IMG/VR virus record: IMGVR_UViG_3300047476_000597
Span: 32,001-96,000 of that record
DNA from: a virus
Length of the DNA: 64,000 bases
Reading direction: 5' to 3' (one strand)
A program made the position numbers and the translations under genes. The notes beneath the pieces were generated by a model, which was not told the DNA's origin, ran no database searches, and saw only the letters and a list, made by a program, of their open reading frames with translations. Positions 8,101 to 18,256 of the stretch are shown piece by piece. Numbering within the stretch: position 1 is the stretch's first letter; each line of letters opens with the position of its first letter.

Positions 8101-10311
8101 CTAATGATTCCAATATGTTGTTAATACTCCTTCTGCGTCCATCTTTACTTTACTACAGTACATCTGAGCTCCTACTTTCATTAGAGTTTCTATCAGCTGT
8201 CTGCCTTGTTCTCCGTACTCTTCTTTTACTTCTGCAAGACTCTCATCGTGTATTAGGTTAATGAGCCATATCTTATCACGTAGATTATTCTCTATTTGAT
8301 ATTTTCTGAACAGAACACCAAACGTCTTAGTTTGACTACCGGCCTGGCCCTGAATACGGTAATTTTGGGCGCACCTTTTGAGGGATCCTTCTATTATTGC
8401 ATACAGTTTTACTAGATTACTGAACCCTGGGTGTTTATTCTCAGCCTCTTCTTTAGCTGCTTGTTTATCATGGTATTTCATATTTTGGTAGTTACTAGGC
8501 AATATTTCCGCTATTTTATTTTTAGCTTCTAGCATACGTTCATAGTCCGGTTCCCAGTATCTTCTACCAGTTATTGAATCTATATCTATGTATCCATGCT
8601 CCAGTGCTTCTCTATGACTGTCATCAAAATACTGTTTGAGGCCAGGAAAGGCTTCTAGGTAGCTGTCTATAAACTTCTGAGCAGTATCTTTATCCACATT
8701 AAGATCATCTTTTAATGTGAATGCGCTTCCACCATATATAATCTTGAATGACAAACTCTTAGCATCATTACGTTCTTTTGGGTGTGTACTCTTACTAATG
8801 AGTAGATTAGGGTCACTACGCAGTACTCTGAATAGTTTAGTAGCTGTCATACTGTGATAGTCTTTACCATGAATAGGATCTCCTTCATTAAAAAACCGTA
8901 ACATAGTAGGGTCTCCAGATACATCAGCTACTATTCGAGCTTCTTGTGATGAATAGTCACAATTTACTATTTTACAACCAGCTGCAGCTGTAAAGGCTTT
9001 TCTGTAATCAGAATCTGAAGGTACGTTTTGAAGATTTGGCCCCCTAGAACTCATCCTTCCCGTATTAAGAATTTGCTTATATGATGTGTGTACACGGCCT
9101 GTTATAGGGTGTATATATTTCAACCAGTCTTTACCGAATGTAGTTACACACTGTTCTGATACCTTGAATAACAGATAGTTGAGTATTAGATCTTTCTCTT
9201 CTACGATGTCTGTCTCTTTATCATCATTGTATCGTTCTTTATACGGCCCATCTAGTAGCTTAGTAAGACTCTTAGCACCAGCTGTATACTCCATTTTGCC
9301 TGTCTGTTTACTCTTTTCCATAGGACAGAATCCTAGGTGCCGAAACAGCTCAATAACCTGCTTACTACTGGTCCATTGTATGCTACATGTATACTCAGCT
9401 CGGAACATATCAGGGGGTGCACAGAATGACCTATGATTAGCTACTACCCAGTCATCTAGTTTCTTCTTACGATGATTGTATATCAGTAGATTCTTCTCAT
9501 AGGTACGTAGCCATTGCTCTTTATCAAACTCCATACCCTTCAGTTCTATATCAGCCAGCACTAAACAGAACTCATTCTCTAGCTGGTGTACAACAACCGG
9601 ATTATACCCTCTAAAACCCTTCAGCTGTTTATCTCTGATATACAGAGGATAGATGATGTCATCAGCACCATATAGTATCTGAGATTCTGTGAATGGAGTA
9701 TCTCTGATTGTCAGGAACCCTTTACGTATTCTCTTATCTATATACAGCTGTTCAGTATCTTCTTCTCCTGTATCTTCTGTGAATAGGTCTCTCTCTTGTA
9801 CAGCTGCAACACCTAGGTATCTGTTAGCCATTGCTTCCAGAGAATAGCTGAATCCTTTCGGGTTGGTTTTACTCTTACCTAGGCCGTTTGTAAGATTTTG
9901 CTCTACTAACATGACGTCCCATATATACCAGAATAGAATACCGTAGTTGTGTAATAGATGTTTAGCCTCGAACCGAATATTAGCACCTACCCACAACCGG
10001 CTCTTATCAGAAAACAGAGGTTTCAATGGTTCTATATCAACAGTACGAGTGTCTATAACATAGACACGTTCTTTAGTGCCTATCTGGAGCATGACCACAG
10101 CTGACAGGTATGGGTCTAGTCCTGGCTGATACACATTTTCATTACGGTATGTATTCAGTCTATAACGTCTTGTAGTTTCAATATCAATCGCCAGTATACT
10201 ATGTTGAGAACAGTACTCATAACACTCATCTATTGTTGCATATACTATCTTCCTAGAGTACTGTTCATTCTTAGGACCAATGAACCTAATCTCTGCTTCT
10301 GGTATTTTCAT
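8101..10311 (-). CDS. polA: DNA polymerase family A with 3'-5' exonuclease domain
   Basis: Exo I AIDIETT, Exo III YGADD, TGRMSSRGPNLQNVP, motif A DYSSQEARI, motif B RNDAKSLSFKIIYG, motif C IHDE. Confidence 0.95.
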   Translation of the reverse strand: MKIPEAEIRFIGPKNEQYSRKIVYATIDECYEYCSQHSILAIDIETTRRYRLNTYRNENVYQPGLDPYLSAVVMLQIGTKERVYVIDTRTVDIEPLKPLFSDKSRLWVGANIRFEAKHLLHNYGILFWYIWDVMLVEQNLTNGLGKSKTNPKGFSYSLEAMANRYLGVAAVQERDLFTEDTGEEDTEQLYIDKRIRKGFLTIRDTPFTESQILYGADDIIYPLYIRDKQLKGFRGYNPVVVHQLENEFCLVLADIELKGMEFDKEQWLRTYEKNLLIYNHRKKKLDDWVVANHRSFCAPPDMFRAEYTCSIQWTSSKQVIELFRHLGFCPMEKSKQTGKMEYTAGAKSLTKLLDGPYKERYNDDKETDIVEEKDLILNYLLFKVSEQCVTTFGKDWLKYIHPITGRVHTSYKQILNTGRMSSRGPNLQNVPSDSDYRKAFTAAAGCKIVNCDYSSQEARIVADVSGDPTMLRFFNEGDPIHGKDYHSMTATKLFRVLRSDPNLLISKSTHPKERNDAKSLSFKIIYGGSAFTLKDDLNVDKDTAQKFIDSYLEAFPGLKQYFDDSHREALEHGYIDIDSITGRRYWEPDYERMLEAKNKIAEILPSNYQNMKYHDKQAAKEEAENKHPGFSNLVKLYAIIEGSLKRCAQNYRIQGQAGSQTKTFGVLFRKYQIENNLRDKIWLINLIHDESLAEVKEEYGEQGRQLIETLMKVGAQMYCSKVKMDAEGVLTTYWNH

Positions 10312-10322
10312 GTTTTTGTTTA

Positions 10323-11233
10323 TTAGTCCATTATATAGTCAGCTGGTGTATTATCTACCTGTTCTGCTTGGTCTATTTTTTCTTGTACTATTTTGTTTAA
10401 AAGATCATAATACAGGTCTAACCATTTAACAGTCTCAGCTCTACATCTTTCTATTTCTTTTTCATAGTCTTTTATTATGTGATTATGTGCTATATTACAC
10501 ACTATTAAAACTACTATTGCTGTTATTGTTGCTGCAAACATTTCCATATTATTGTTCTTTTTTGTTGTATCTACTAGAAAGATATTCTCTCATGTACTTT
10601 TGTTGTTCTGGTGATAGATTAGACAGATCTATTATAGGCTCTAACATGTTCTTCAGCTGGTCTATTTGTTGCTCTAAAGTATCTATTAGCTTATCTGCAT
10701 TCTTTTCTAGATTCTTGTAGGACTGTATTTGTTCTTCGTAGTCAGTCACCATCTTATTATAGCTGATTATAAACATAGCTACAACCCAACCAAAACCTGT
10801 TACTAAAATTCCTAATATTATTGTCTCTACTGTATTCATGATTTTTCTTTTTTATTGATTACCTCTATTTCAGCAAAAAGAAAAGAGCCAGCTATTAGTG
10901 CGAACAAACATAAGAACCTTGGAAACTCTCCCCATGTCCTAGGATCAAAAGACCAAAACAAAAAAGATGCTGCTGGATATATAATAGCTGCTATTATTAC
11001 TAAGAGTACTATTATCCTTTTTATTGTTATTGATTGCATAGTTGTTCTTTTCTTTTGTTAAAAATTACTGTAGTATCTACTAGCTGTTTGTCTAACAGCT
11101 GTAGGGTTTTGTGTTGTACTATTGTTACCCCTTCAGGGTTAGAGAAAAGCTGATCTAGTTGTAGTTTTTCTATCTCATTCTCTGGAGTAAGAGCTATCTG
11201 GGTGATTCCATTACTTAATATATGTACTTTCAT
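10323..11233 (-). CDS. Four small ORFs (10323-10547, 10549-10839, 10836-11039, 11027-11233); three are predicted membrane-anchored
   Basis: Hydrophobic N-terminal helices followed by coiled coils; starts and stops abut or overlap. Confidence 0.6.
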
Positions 11234-11254
11234 ATTGTTTTCTTTTGTAGTTAA

Positions 11255-11295
11255 AAAAGAACACTAGGAGAGTAGTTATCTCTCAATAGTGTATT
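11255..11295 (-). terminator. Probable intrinsic terminator
   Basis: Imperfect stem acacta-gagag/ctctc-tagtgt next to an A-tract (U-tract on the minus strand). Confidence 0.5.
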
Positions 11296-11297
11296 AG

Positions 11298-11669
11298 TTA
11301 TGCTTGTTCTGGTATTGTTACTATACGATAGTTGTCATCTGTTAGCAGCTTTTCAGTTTGTCTTATAGTCATAGCTGTTATGGTAGCTGTTGCCAATTTT
11401 TCACACATCATAGCTAGTTCATGTTGCTTACGTAGTTGTTCACGTAATTGACGGATCTCAGTCAGCAGCCTCTTACTTTCTTGCTGTGCAGCTGTTCTAA
11501 TAGCTTTTTTCCTCTTATCACTAGCATAGGGACTGGCTATACCATTACGAATATACGTAGATTCTATAAACTCTCTACTAGGAGCTGGTTTAGGAGTTGG
11601 TGTGTATGCCATATTACCTATTGCGAATATGGTACCTGAGAATACGAGTACTGCTTTTGTGTTTTTCAT
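11298..11669 (-). CDS. Hypothetical protein
   Basis: 123-aa ORF. Confidence 0.6.
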   Translation of the reverse strand: MKNTKAVLVFSGTIFAIGNMAYTPTPKPAPSREFIESTYIRNGIASPYASDKRKKAIRTAAQQESKRLLTEIRQLREQLRKQHELAMMCEKLATATITAMTIRQTEKLLTDDNYRIVTIPEQA

Positions 11670-11775
11670 TTTGTTTCTGTTTTTAGTTTGTTAATCAATG
11701 AATACCCAAGATGGGACATCTAGCTCTATTGCTAGTACTGATATTACTTCTTGTATACTACTCATAGTTTTGTTT

Positions 11776-12525
11776 TTAGAGATTCTTTTTAATCTTTTCA
11801 ATGCAACCCATATATCCAGCGCAATCTACTAGACTGTCTACATGATTACCGTTATCTTTGTTAGCCCTACATATCTTTAACCATGCCATCATTAAACATA
11901 CCTGCTCTGGTGTGACAGCTGTATGTACTATTGTAGACCAACCAGTAGCTATATCTGCAAAATTCTCTGATGCACTACCATACTCTTTTTCCCGGTCTCC
12001 ATATATAAGACCTTTAGCTGTATCTAAAATAGTATGACCAGCTGCAGTACTGTTTATTGAGTCTGTTTTTGTTGTTTTTTGTCTATCAGCTGCTCTTTCT
12101 ATTACTTCTAGTATTTGTGGTCTGTACCAGTACCAGTCTGTTTTATCAGGCAACCACAGCTGAACATCTCCATGAGTACCTATTATTTTTACTTCTTGTG
12201 GCTGTCCCATGCATAGTTCCATTGCACCATTCCAACCATGAATACCATTATCCTTGCTTATTACTCTTACTATATCACCCGGTTGTAGCTGTAACCTATC
12301 TGGTGCTTCTTGGTTTGTTTCTTCTAGGAGTATACACTGTGGTTTGCTATGTTTAGGCCAGAAAGGAATAGCCTTTACTCCATTATCCATTTTTACTAAC
12401 CATACAGCTCCATCATCATCTAGTACTGTTCCTTCATTAATACCACCTCTTACGTATTTTGGATTATCATCTATATACTCATCTGTCAGTTTTACTTTTC
12501 TACCTATGTAGCTTGTTGTGCTCAT
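11776..12525 (-). CDS. SH3/KOW-like modules fused to a C-terminal DUF6378-like helical domain
   Basis: C-terminus ILDTAKGLIYGDREKEYGSASENFADIA...MMAWLKICRA...DSLVDCAGY; N-terminus IGRKVKL and QPGDIVRVI. Confidence 0.65.
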   Translation of the reverse strand: MSTTSYIGRKVKLTDEYIDDNPKYVRGGINEGTVLDDDGAVWLVKMDNGVKAIPFWPKHSKPQCILLEETNQEAPDRLQLQPGDIVRVISKDNGIHGWNGAMELCMGQPQEVKIIGTHGDVQLWLPDKTDWYWYRPQILEVIERAADRQKTTKTDSINSTAAGHTILDTAKGLIYGDREKEYGSASENFADIATGWSTIVHTAVTPEQVCLMMAWLKICRANKDNGNHVDSLVDCAGYMGCIEKIKKNL

Positions 12526-12537
12526 TGTTTTATGTTT

Positions 12538-12867
12538 TTAGTTGTTTACTTCATAGATTCCTAACCATATGTCTCCATTATCAGCTACATAGCTGCCTGC
12601 TATAGAGAACACCGGTTTTCTTGTTTGTTGTTTCAGCTGCACTAATCCCCAATCTACCAATAGCTGGTTGTTACATAGCCAGTTGTAGTACCATTCTTCA
12701 TGCTTGATTATATACCTGAATGTTTTCCCTGAGAACTTGCCATATGGTAGGACTGCATCTAGGTTATACTCATGTATCCTGTGGTCCATTGGAGTACCTT
12801 TCTTATACTGTACTGGTTGTGTACTCGTATTTGTATTGACAGCTGCTGGTTTTTTGGGTAGTTTCAT
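12538..12867 (-). CDS. Protein with a PFGK(Y/F)xG domain (ExoX C-terminal/DUF3820-like)
   Basis: LPYGKFSGKTFRYII...YYNWL. Confidence 0.6.
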   Translation of the reverse strand: MKLPKKPAAVNTNTSTQPVQYKKGTPMDHRIHEYNLDAVLPYGKFSGKTFRYIIKHEEWYYNWLCNNQLLVDWGLVQLKQQTRKPVFSIAGSYVADNGDIWLGIYEVNN

Positions 12868-13120
12868 AGTACTCTTTTATTTTGTAGTATGTACGCAATA
12901 TTTCTATTCTGTCATCTGTTACTGCTTTATGCATATGCTCTATTGAGTTATACTTTATCATTACAGCTGTGTATCGTTCTCTTATATCAGTTCTTGCTTT
13001 GTGTATTTCTTCTTGTATACCAGCTATCTGTCCTGTCTTATTAGCTACATACATTGCCATACAACCATTTAATATTGTTACAATTGCTGATATTATTAGC
13101 ACTGCTATTTCTATTGTCAT
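12803..13120 (-). CDS. Membrane-anchored hypothetical protein
   Basis: N-terminal transmembrane helix. Confidence 0.5.
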   Translation of the reverse strand: MTIEIAVLIISAIVTILNGCMAMYVANKTGQIAGIQEEIHKARTDIRERYTAVMIKYNSIEHMHKAVTDDRIEILRTYYKIKEYYETTQKTSSCQYKYEYTTSTV

Positions 13121-13285
13121 TATGTTGTGTTTTTGTTGTTATTTTTTTCTTTATACCCTACACTTAAACATACAACGAGTAACAGGCTACCTGTTATCCA
13201 GTGATTATTCATATACAGAGCTGTTGAGCATATTATATCTACTACTACGATTGTTCATATTAGTATTTTCATTATATTGTGTTTT

Positions 13286-13324
13286 AAAAAAGACTCCTGC
13301 TACCATATAGATAACAGGAGTCTA
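13286..13324 (-). terminator. Intrinsic terminator
   Basis: agactcctg...caggagtct stem beside an A-tract, downstream of the gene ending at 13340. Confidence 0.65.
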
Positions 13325-13339
13325 TTGCTGAATATACTA

Positions 13340-13711
13340 TTAGTCTTGTACCCTCATTGCTTTCCAGTTTGGAAACAGTTGGTTTCTATACTCTTTCAGA
13401 CGAGCCAGACCTTTTTCATAACCTTCTATTTCTTGGTCTTTTTTAGCCAGTTCTGACCAATCTACACTAGTAGTATCTAACATGGTCTCACGGAATCTAC
13501 GAGTTTTGTCCAGTTGTCTAGCAGTTTTTTCGATACTATCTGACAATGTACTCAGGTTGTCCACACAGGCATACTGCAGCTGTTGTTCTTCTCTCTCCTG
13601 GGCAGATTGTTTCAGGATCTGTTCGTAGGTTAACACTGGTGCCGTAGCTACTACTGTTTTCGATGTTGCTGATACAGCTGTCTTGTTGCGGTTGTTGTTT
13701 GTTGTTGCCAT
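13340..13711 (-). CDS. Coiled-coil hypothetical protein
   Basis: A-rich leader; overlaps the upstream gene by 176 nt. Confidence 0.7.
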   Translation of the reverse strand: MATTNNNRNKTAVSATSKTVVATAPVLTYEQILKQSAQEREEQQLQYACVDNLSTLSDSIEKTARQLDKTRRFRETMLDTTSVDWSELAKKDQEIEGYEKGLARLKEYRNQLFPNWKAMRVQD

Positions 13712-15203
13712 TGTTTGTTGTTTGGTTTTTTGTTTTGTTATTAGTTGTATTATCGTCTTTTTCTTTACTGCTTTTTGGCCACGATCTGTGGTCTGGTACC
13801 CAGTGACCAGAGTTTATGTATTCATCTATTTCTTTTGCTGTGTAGTCCCAATCAGTGAGACCTTTTGCTGTTTCTACTTTGTATAGATTGTTTGAGTGTT
13901 CTCTTATATACCAACCACCAGAGTTATCCCCTGGTATACAGTACTTATCACTTACTTTCCATTTTCTATTAGCTGTCTCTTTCTGCTTACTAATATATTC
14001 TTCAGCAGCTTCAAAGGTACTGAACAGCAGTTTATTATGGTCTTTATGGTTCTCTTTATCTGTATGCAGTACTTTATTACCATTTTCATTACCATACCAG
14101 CTACCGTCTGGATTCAGCCACCATACTATATCCCCTTCATACACTCTAACACCATCAGTAGTAACAATAAACCATTTCTCTACAGCTGGTTCTTCTGTGT
14201 AGTGTACTATATCAACACCGGTACCATTTTCTCCACTAAACATAGCTGTTCTATCTCCACTATCAAGATTTACCCAGTAAAGAGAATCAGTAGTAAAAGC
14301 CATATTGTCTACAGTTCCTATACATCCTTCGTAAGCACCTCTTACAACCTTTACTCTATCACCTTCCTTGAACATCCTTTTTTTTACAGCTGCTTGCTCT
14401 GCTTGGTTGTCTGGTGCTGTGAGGATCTGTTTCCAGAGTTCGTAGGGTACTATTGGTAGTTCTGTATTAGCATTACTATAGTTATGAGAGTCTATACGTT
14501 TTGAGTTTTTTACATGGTACCATTTATGAGCACCAGATATACCATTACGCTTTCTCATACTATTAAAAAACTCAACAAACTCTGTATTATCTTCACCTGG
14601 CCACGGATTCTCTACATAATACTCATCTGGTAGTACATCACCATCCCATATGTATGATTCTGGTTTACCAAGAGCTACAGGCTTATCTTGTGTAACAGAT
14701 GCTATTTCTTCAGGAGTAGCTGGTCTTAGGTTTTTTGCTGTGTAGTTTATCCTATATTTATTAGGAGATATTGGGACTTCTGCTCCATTATTTAAAGCTG
14801 TTACTATACATCCTCCAGTTTCTTTATCTACTGGTATTTGTACTATATATCCTACAGCTTCTTGTTTACGACTCCAATCAGTAGTTAATATATGCTCTGT
14901 TACTACCACCCAATCACCTATTTCATACTCTATTGTTCCTTGATACTGTTGTAAGAACTGAGCAGCTGTTAGTGTATCAGATTGGTACTTACTACCTCTC
15001 AACAGTGTTTTATTGTTTTCTGTAATCACTACAGGTAGAATATCCTCCTCTGCATACTCTTTTACAGTTTCAGTAGGAGTACTGCCACTACCCCACATCC
15101 ATCCAGCATCTTCAAACACCTGCATTACATCTTTCCATTCTTGTTCCCCATTGAGGGTTATCCTTAATCCTTCAGGAATAGGAGGAGCGTTTGTTCTTTT
15201 CAT
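13536..15203 (-). CDS. Multi-module protein with KOW/SH3-like repeats
   Basis: YEIGDWVVV, FKEGDRVKVVRGAYEGCIGTV, YEGDIVWW, LRPATPEEI. Confidence 0.75.
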   Translation of the reverse strand: MKRTNAPPIPEGLRITLNGEQEWKDVMQVFEDAGWMWGSGSTPTETVKEYAEEDILPVVITENNKTLLRGSKYQSDTLTAAQFLQQYQGTIEYEIGDWVVVTEHILTTDWSRKQEAVGYIVQIPVDKETGGCIVTALNNGAEVPISPNKYRINYTAKNLRPATPEEIASVTQDKPVALGKPESYIWDGDVLPDEYYVENPWPGEDNTEFVEFFNSMRKRNGISGAHKWYHVKNSKRIDSHNYSNANTELPIVPYELWKQILTAPDNQAEQAAVKKRMFKEGDRVKVVRGAYEGCIGTVDNMAFTTDSLYWVNLDSGDRTAMFSGENGTGVDIVHYTEEPAVEKWFIVTTDGVRVYEGDIVWWLNPDGSWYGNENGNKVLHTDKENHKDHNKLLFSTFEAAEEYISKQKETANRKWKVSDKYCIPGDNSGGWYIREHSNNLYKVETAKGLTDWDYTAKEIDEYINSGHWVPDHRSWPKSSKEKDDNTTNNKTKNQTTNNGNNKQQPQQDSCISNIENSSSYGTSVNLRTDPETICPGERRTTAAVCLCGQPEYIVR

Positions 15204-15420
15204 ATTGGTTGTTTTTATTCGTTAACAATAGTATTACTATCTTGTTCTGTGTCTAGCACATACCCTCAGCGCATATAACTATCAGCAGCAGTTGCAGGAT
15301 GTATTTGCTCATTTTCTCTACTGTATTTTTTACCTATTGACCAACCAGAACCATAACCGTCGTCATAACCAGCTCTATAGGCTTCTCTTATTAGATTGTA
15401 CACATCTTTGCTTACAGCTG

Positions 15421-15828
15421 TCATATCGTTTGGTTTTGTTTTTTCTGTTCAATATACGTAATAACATCTTCTATATCCTCATCAGAGAGATACGTAATAT
15501 TCTCTAGTATAACATGGATACTGTTGATGTAGTCTTCAGCCAGATCTTTTGCTATAGTGTTCCAGGTGCCGGGTTCAATAACCTTCATCATCTTAGGTAT
15601 CATACTGTCCAGCTGTCTCATAGTGTCTGCAGCTACTACAGTGAGATCTACGAATCCTGTAGCTTTGTTCTTTTTAGCCTGTTCTCTGTAGAATAACAAG
15701 GTCTCACTAGTGCGTATGTCATCCAGAGTCTTTCTGAACAGCTGTCTTTCTATGAACAGTCTCTTATAAGAGTCAGCTAGTATCTTTCGTCTGGTCTCAG
15801 TAATCTGTGAGTAGTCCGTTATCTTCAT
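15421..15828 (-). CDS. Hypothetical protein
   Basis: 135-aa ORF. Confidence 0.65.
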   Translation of the reverse strand: MKITDYSQITETRRKILADSYKRLFIERQLFRKTLDDIRTSETLLFYREQAKKNKATGFVDLTVVAADTMRQLDSMIPKMMKVIEPGTWNTIAKDLAEDYINSIHVILENITYLSDEDIEDVITYIEQKKQNQTI

Positions 15829-15957
15829 TGTCTGTTTTCTTTGTGTATTTTAATAAGAGCCCATAATAGTACAGCTAACAGTAAAAAAGCAGCTGCACCC
15901 ACTGTCTGTATTATTGTGTTTTTATCTACGTATTGTATTGTGATATATAGTGTCATG

Positions 15958-17002
15958 TTATTTGTTTTTAACCAGTTTCCATATACAATACAGCTGGTGT
16001 GTTGTTAATTCTGTATATGTTCCTTGTCTACCAAGATAATCATCTGATGCTTCTCCATTAACCCACATAGGGGGACTACTAGACCATCCATTTTCACATA
16101 GCCAATCAGCAAACTCAATAGCATTATTAGCTTCTTTTTGTTCTTGCCACTTTACTCCTTTGTGGAAAGATTCTGATGCAACTATTTGATTATCTGGAAA
16201 AGCATAATATTTTTTCCATTTATCTGCAGCTGCTTCTATTGTCTCTTTATTCATATCCTAGATCTTTTAGTGCTTGTTTGTAACCTTCTTCATAACCACA
16301 ACAATAATCTTGCTTGGCCCATTCTTCTTTTTGCTCATCATGTAGCTCTGTATTAAAACTACCAGCTAACCATTCTGTAGCCGATTCTTCTGCTTTCTTT
16401 TCTATCTCTTCATCAGTAGGAATAGATGGTTTGTCAATACTCTTGTGTATCAGTTTACTATTTCGAGGTTTGATTGGTTCAAAATCAACACCATCATATG
16501 CAGATATAGGAAACTCTAATAGTAGATTACCTTGACGATCAACATCAGGTTCTGTATTATCGCTACAATTACAATGTGTTTGTTTTTCGCACCCTGATAA
16601 AGAGTCGCCATTCTTACACCAATAAAGCATATCAACACTACCTTCTCCAGGTGTACCAGCATCTATCCAAGCTTGTATTGTTTCTTTAGAGATTGGTAGA
16701 GTACCTTCTATCTGTGGATAACTAGCTATTATTTTCTTTACCCAACATCTAGGTATACAGCCACCAGACCTACTGATTATAGCTTTATCAAAGCCTTCAG
16801 TAATATCTTTCTCTAAAAAAGAATCTCCTGATTGTATCTCATCATCACTAAGAACTAGCAGCTGTTGTGCTTGCCAATCTACATCTATGCAGCTTTTTAT
16901 TGCTATAGAATACTCTTTGTTTGTATTATCAAACAATAGATCACCCTCACTCCAACGTTTCTTATTCAGTGGAATAGTTACTATCTGTACTGTCTTTTTC
17001 AT
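15958..17002 (-). CDS. Two hypothetical proteins (15958-16254 and 16247-17002)
   Basis: Coupled ORFs with EEIEKKAEE...GYKQA and FxxGxKW patterns common in Bacteroidota phages. Confidence 0.65.
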
Positions 17003-17039
17003 GTTTATTGTTTTTTAGTGTAAAGATATAATAAGAATA

Positions 17040-17076
17040 AAAAAGAGAGTAGTGATCGAACAACACTGCTCTCTTA
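17040..17076 (-). terminator. Terminator downstream of the tmRNA
   Basis: aagagagtagtg...cactgctctctt stem with an A-tract. Confidence 0.6.
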
Positions 17077-17142
17077 GTTTGTCGGCATACGTTTGTCAGG
17101 AGACAACACTCATGTATACCTGTATAGCCATGGCAGCTATTG

Positions 17143-17519
17143 TGGAACCGACGGGAGTCGAACCCGTGTCCAAACGATTTTCCTCTCAAAAAAGTTACGA
17201 CTATGACTTGTTTTTACTCTGCTGTCTTCAGAGATGCTTGTGTAGCTGTTATGTTATTCGGACAACTGCTACTGTACTTTTCCTTCCCTGTGAGTTATAC
17301 ACTCAGGTATGTGTTTTGAATTAGGCTGCTACTGCAAACTCACCATACATTACTGGAGCATTTGCAAAAGCAAGATTAATTAGTCTTGCACCTTCTTCTT
17401 GACGAGCAACTTTTTTGTTGTTTGCATCTATTGTTTGAATCTATTTATTTAAAGGACTACATCCTTGTCCTTAGTCGCCTTTTCTACTATACTAGTCGCT
17501 GTCAAAACCAAACGGCCCC
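17143..17519 (-). ncRNA. ssrA: tmRNA
   Basis: 5' end GGGGCCGUUUGGUUUUGACAG; 3' end GGACACGGGUUCGACUCCCGUCGGUUCCA (T-arm, G3-U70 alanine identity pair); tag ORF 17425-17321 ANNKKVARQEEGARLINLAFANAPVMYGEFAVAA* preceded by AAUAGAU. Confidence 0.92.
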
Positions 17520-17545
17520 ATATTGTTTTACTAGTTTAATGAAAA

Positions 17546-17553
17546 CAAAGATA
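17546..17553 (-). promoter_or_regulatory. Bacteroidota -7 promoter box upstream of the tmRNA
   Basis: TATCTTTG matches TAnnTTTG and lies 26 nt upstream of the mature 5' end. Confidence 0.6.
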
Positions 17554-17690
17554 CGCTAATTCCTGTAGCTGTCACAATATATACCATTTCATACAGCTGA
17601 TCATCTTCTGAGAATGGTATCAGGTAGCTGTCTATGTTGTATATGCACCAGATATTAAGGTATCTTTGTTTAGTTGTCATATTGTTTATA

Positions 17691-18253
17691 TTAATCTACA
17701 TTAAAAGAAATTACAGTTGTCCCTGTTAGTGGTGTGAAACAATCTTTTGCCCAGGCATTAATATACTCTCCTATTTGTGGATCACCAGACATAGTATCTA
17801 CTAATAATGTTCCACTAAACTCTTCTTTACTATGTTTTCCATTTGTCAGTACTATTTTTTCTCCATTTGTAGTTTTGAATCTTACTAACATAACTTTATC
17901 CCAATTTATGTTCTCTTTCTTGTTTGTTATTAGTTCTGTTGTCATTTTGTTGTTTTTATTATTGATTGTTGTTATACATATGCACTATAGCGAAAGATTC
18001 ACGCTTTTTACCTATATAGAGGGTCACTGTGAGATGGTAGAAACACTGTTGCTTCGGTGGTTATACCATTGCTGCTGAACGTATCTATCAGTATTGTTTG
18101 ACCTTCCTCTTCTACATAAGATAGTAGCTCTATTAGAGTACTTTTCTTACAGCTGCCTGCTATTTTGATGATTGCTTTTCTCCTGCCTAGATATACTACA
18201 TCTATTAGAGTAATGTATTTACTCAGTGTGTTGAGTGTTGATGTTTGTTTCAT
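17691..18253 (-). CDS. Two small hypothetical proteins (17691-17945 and 18008-18253)
   Basis: ORFs in operon. Confidence 0.55.
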
Positions 18254-18256
18254 ATA

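Noticed and set aside
13125-13275. Possible degraded membrane-peptide gene (MKILI*TIVVV...)
   Set aside because: It needs both a stop read-through and a frameshift, so it is unsupported.
16962-17324. Track ORFs 16962-17189 and 17052-17324, and a possible tRNA near 17150
   Set aside because: They overlap the tmRNA 3' end; the T-arm belongs to the tmRNA.
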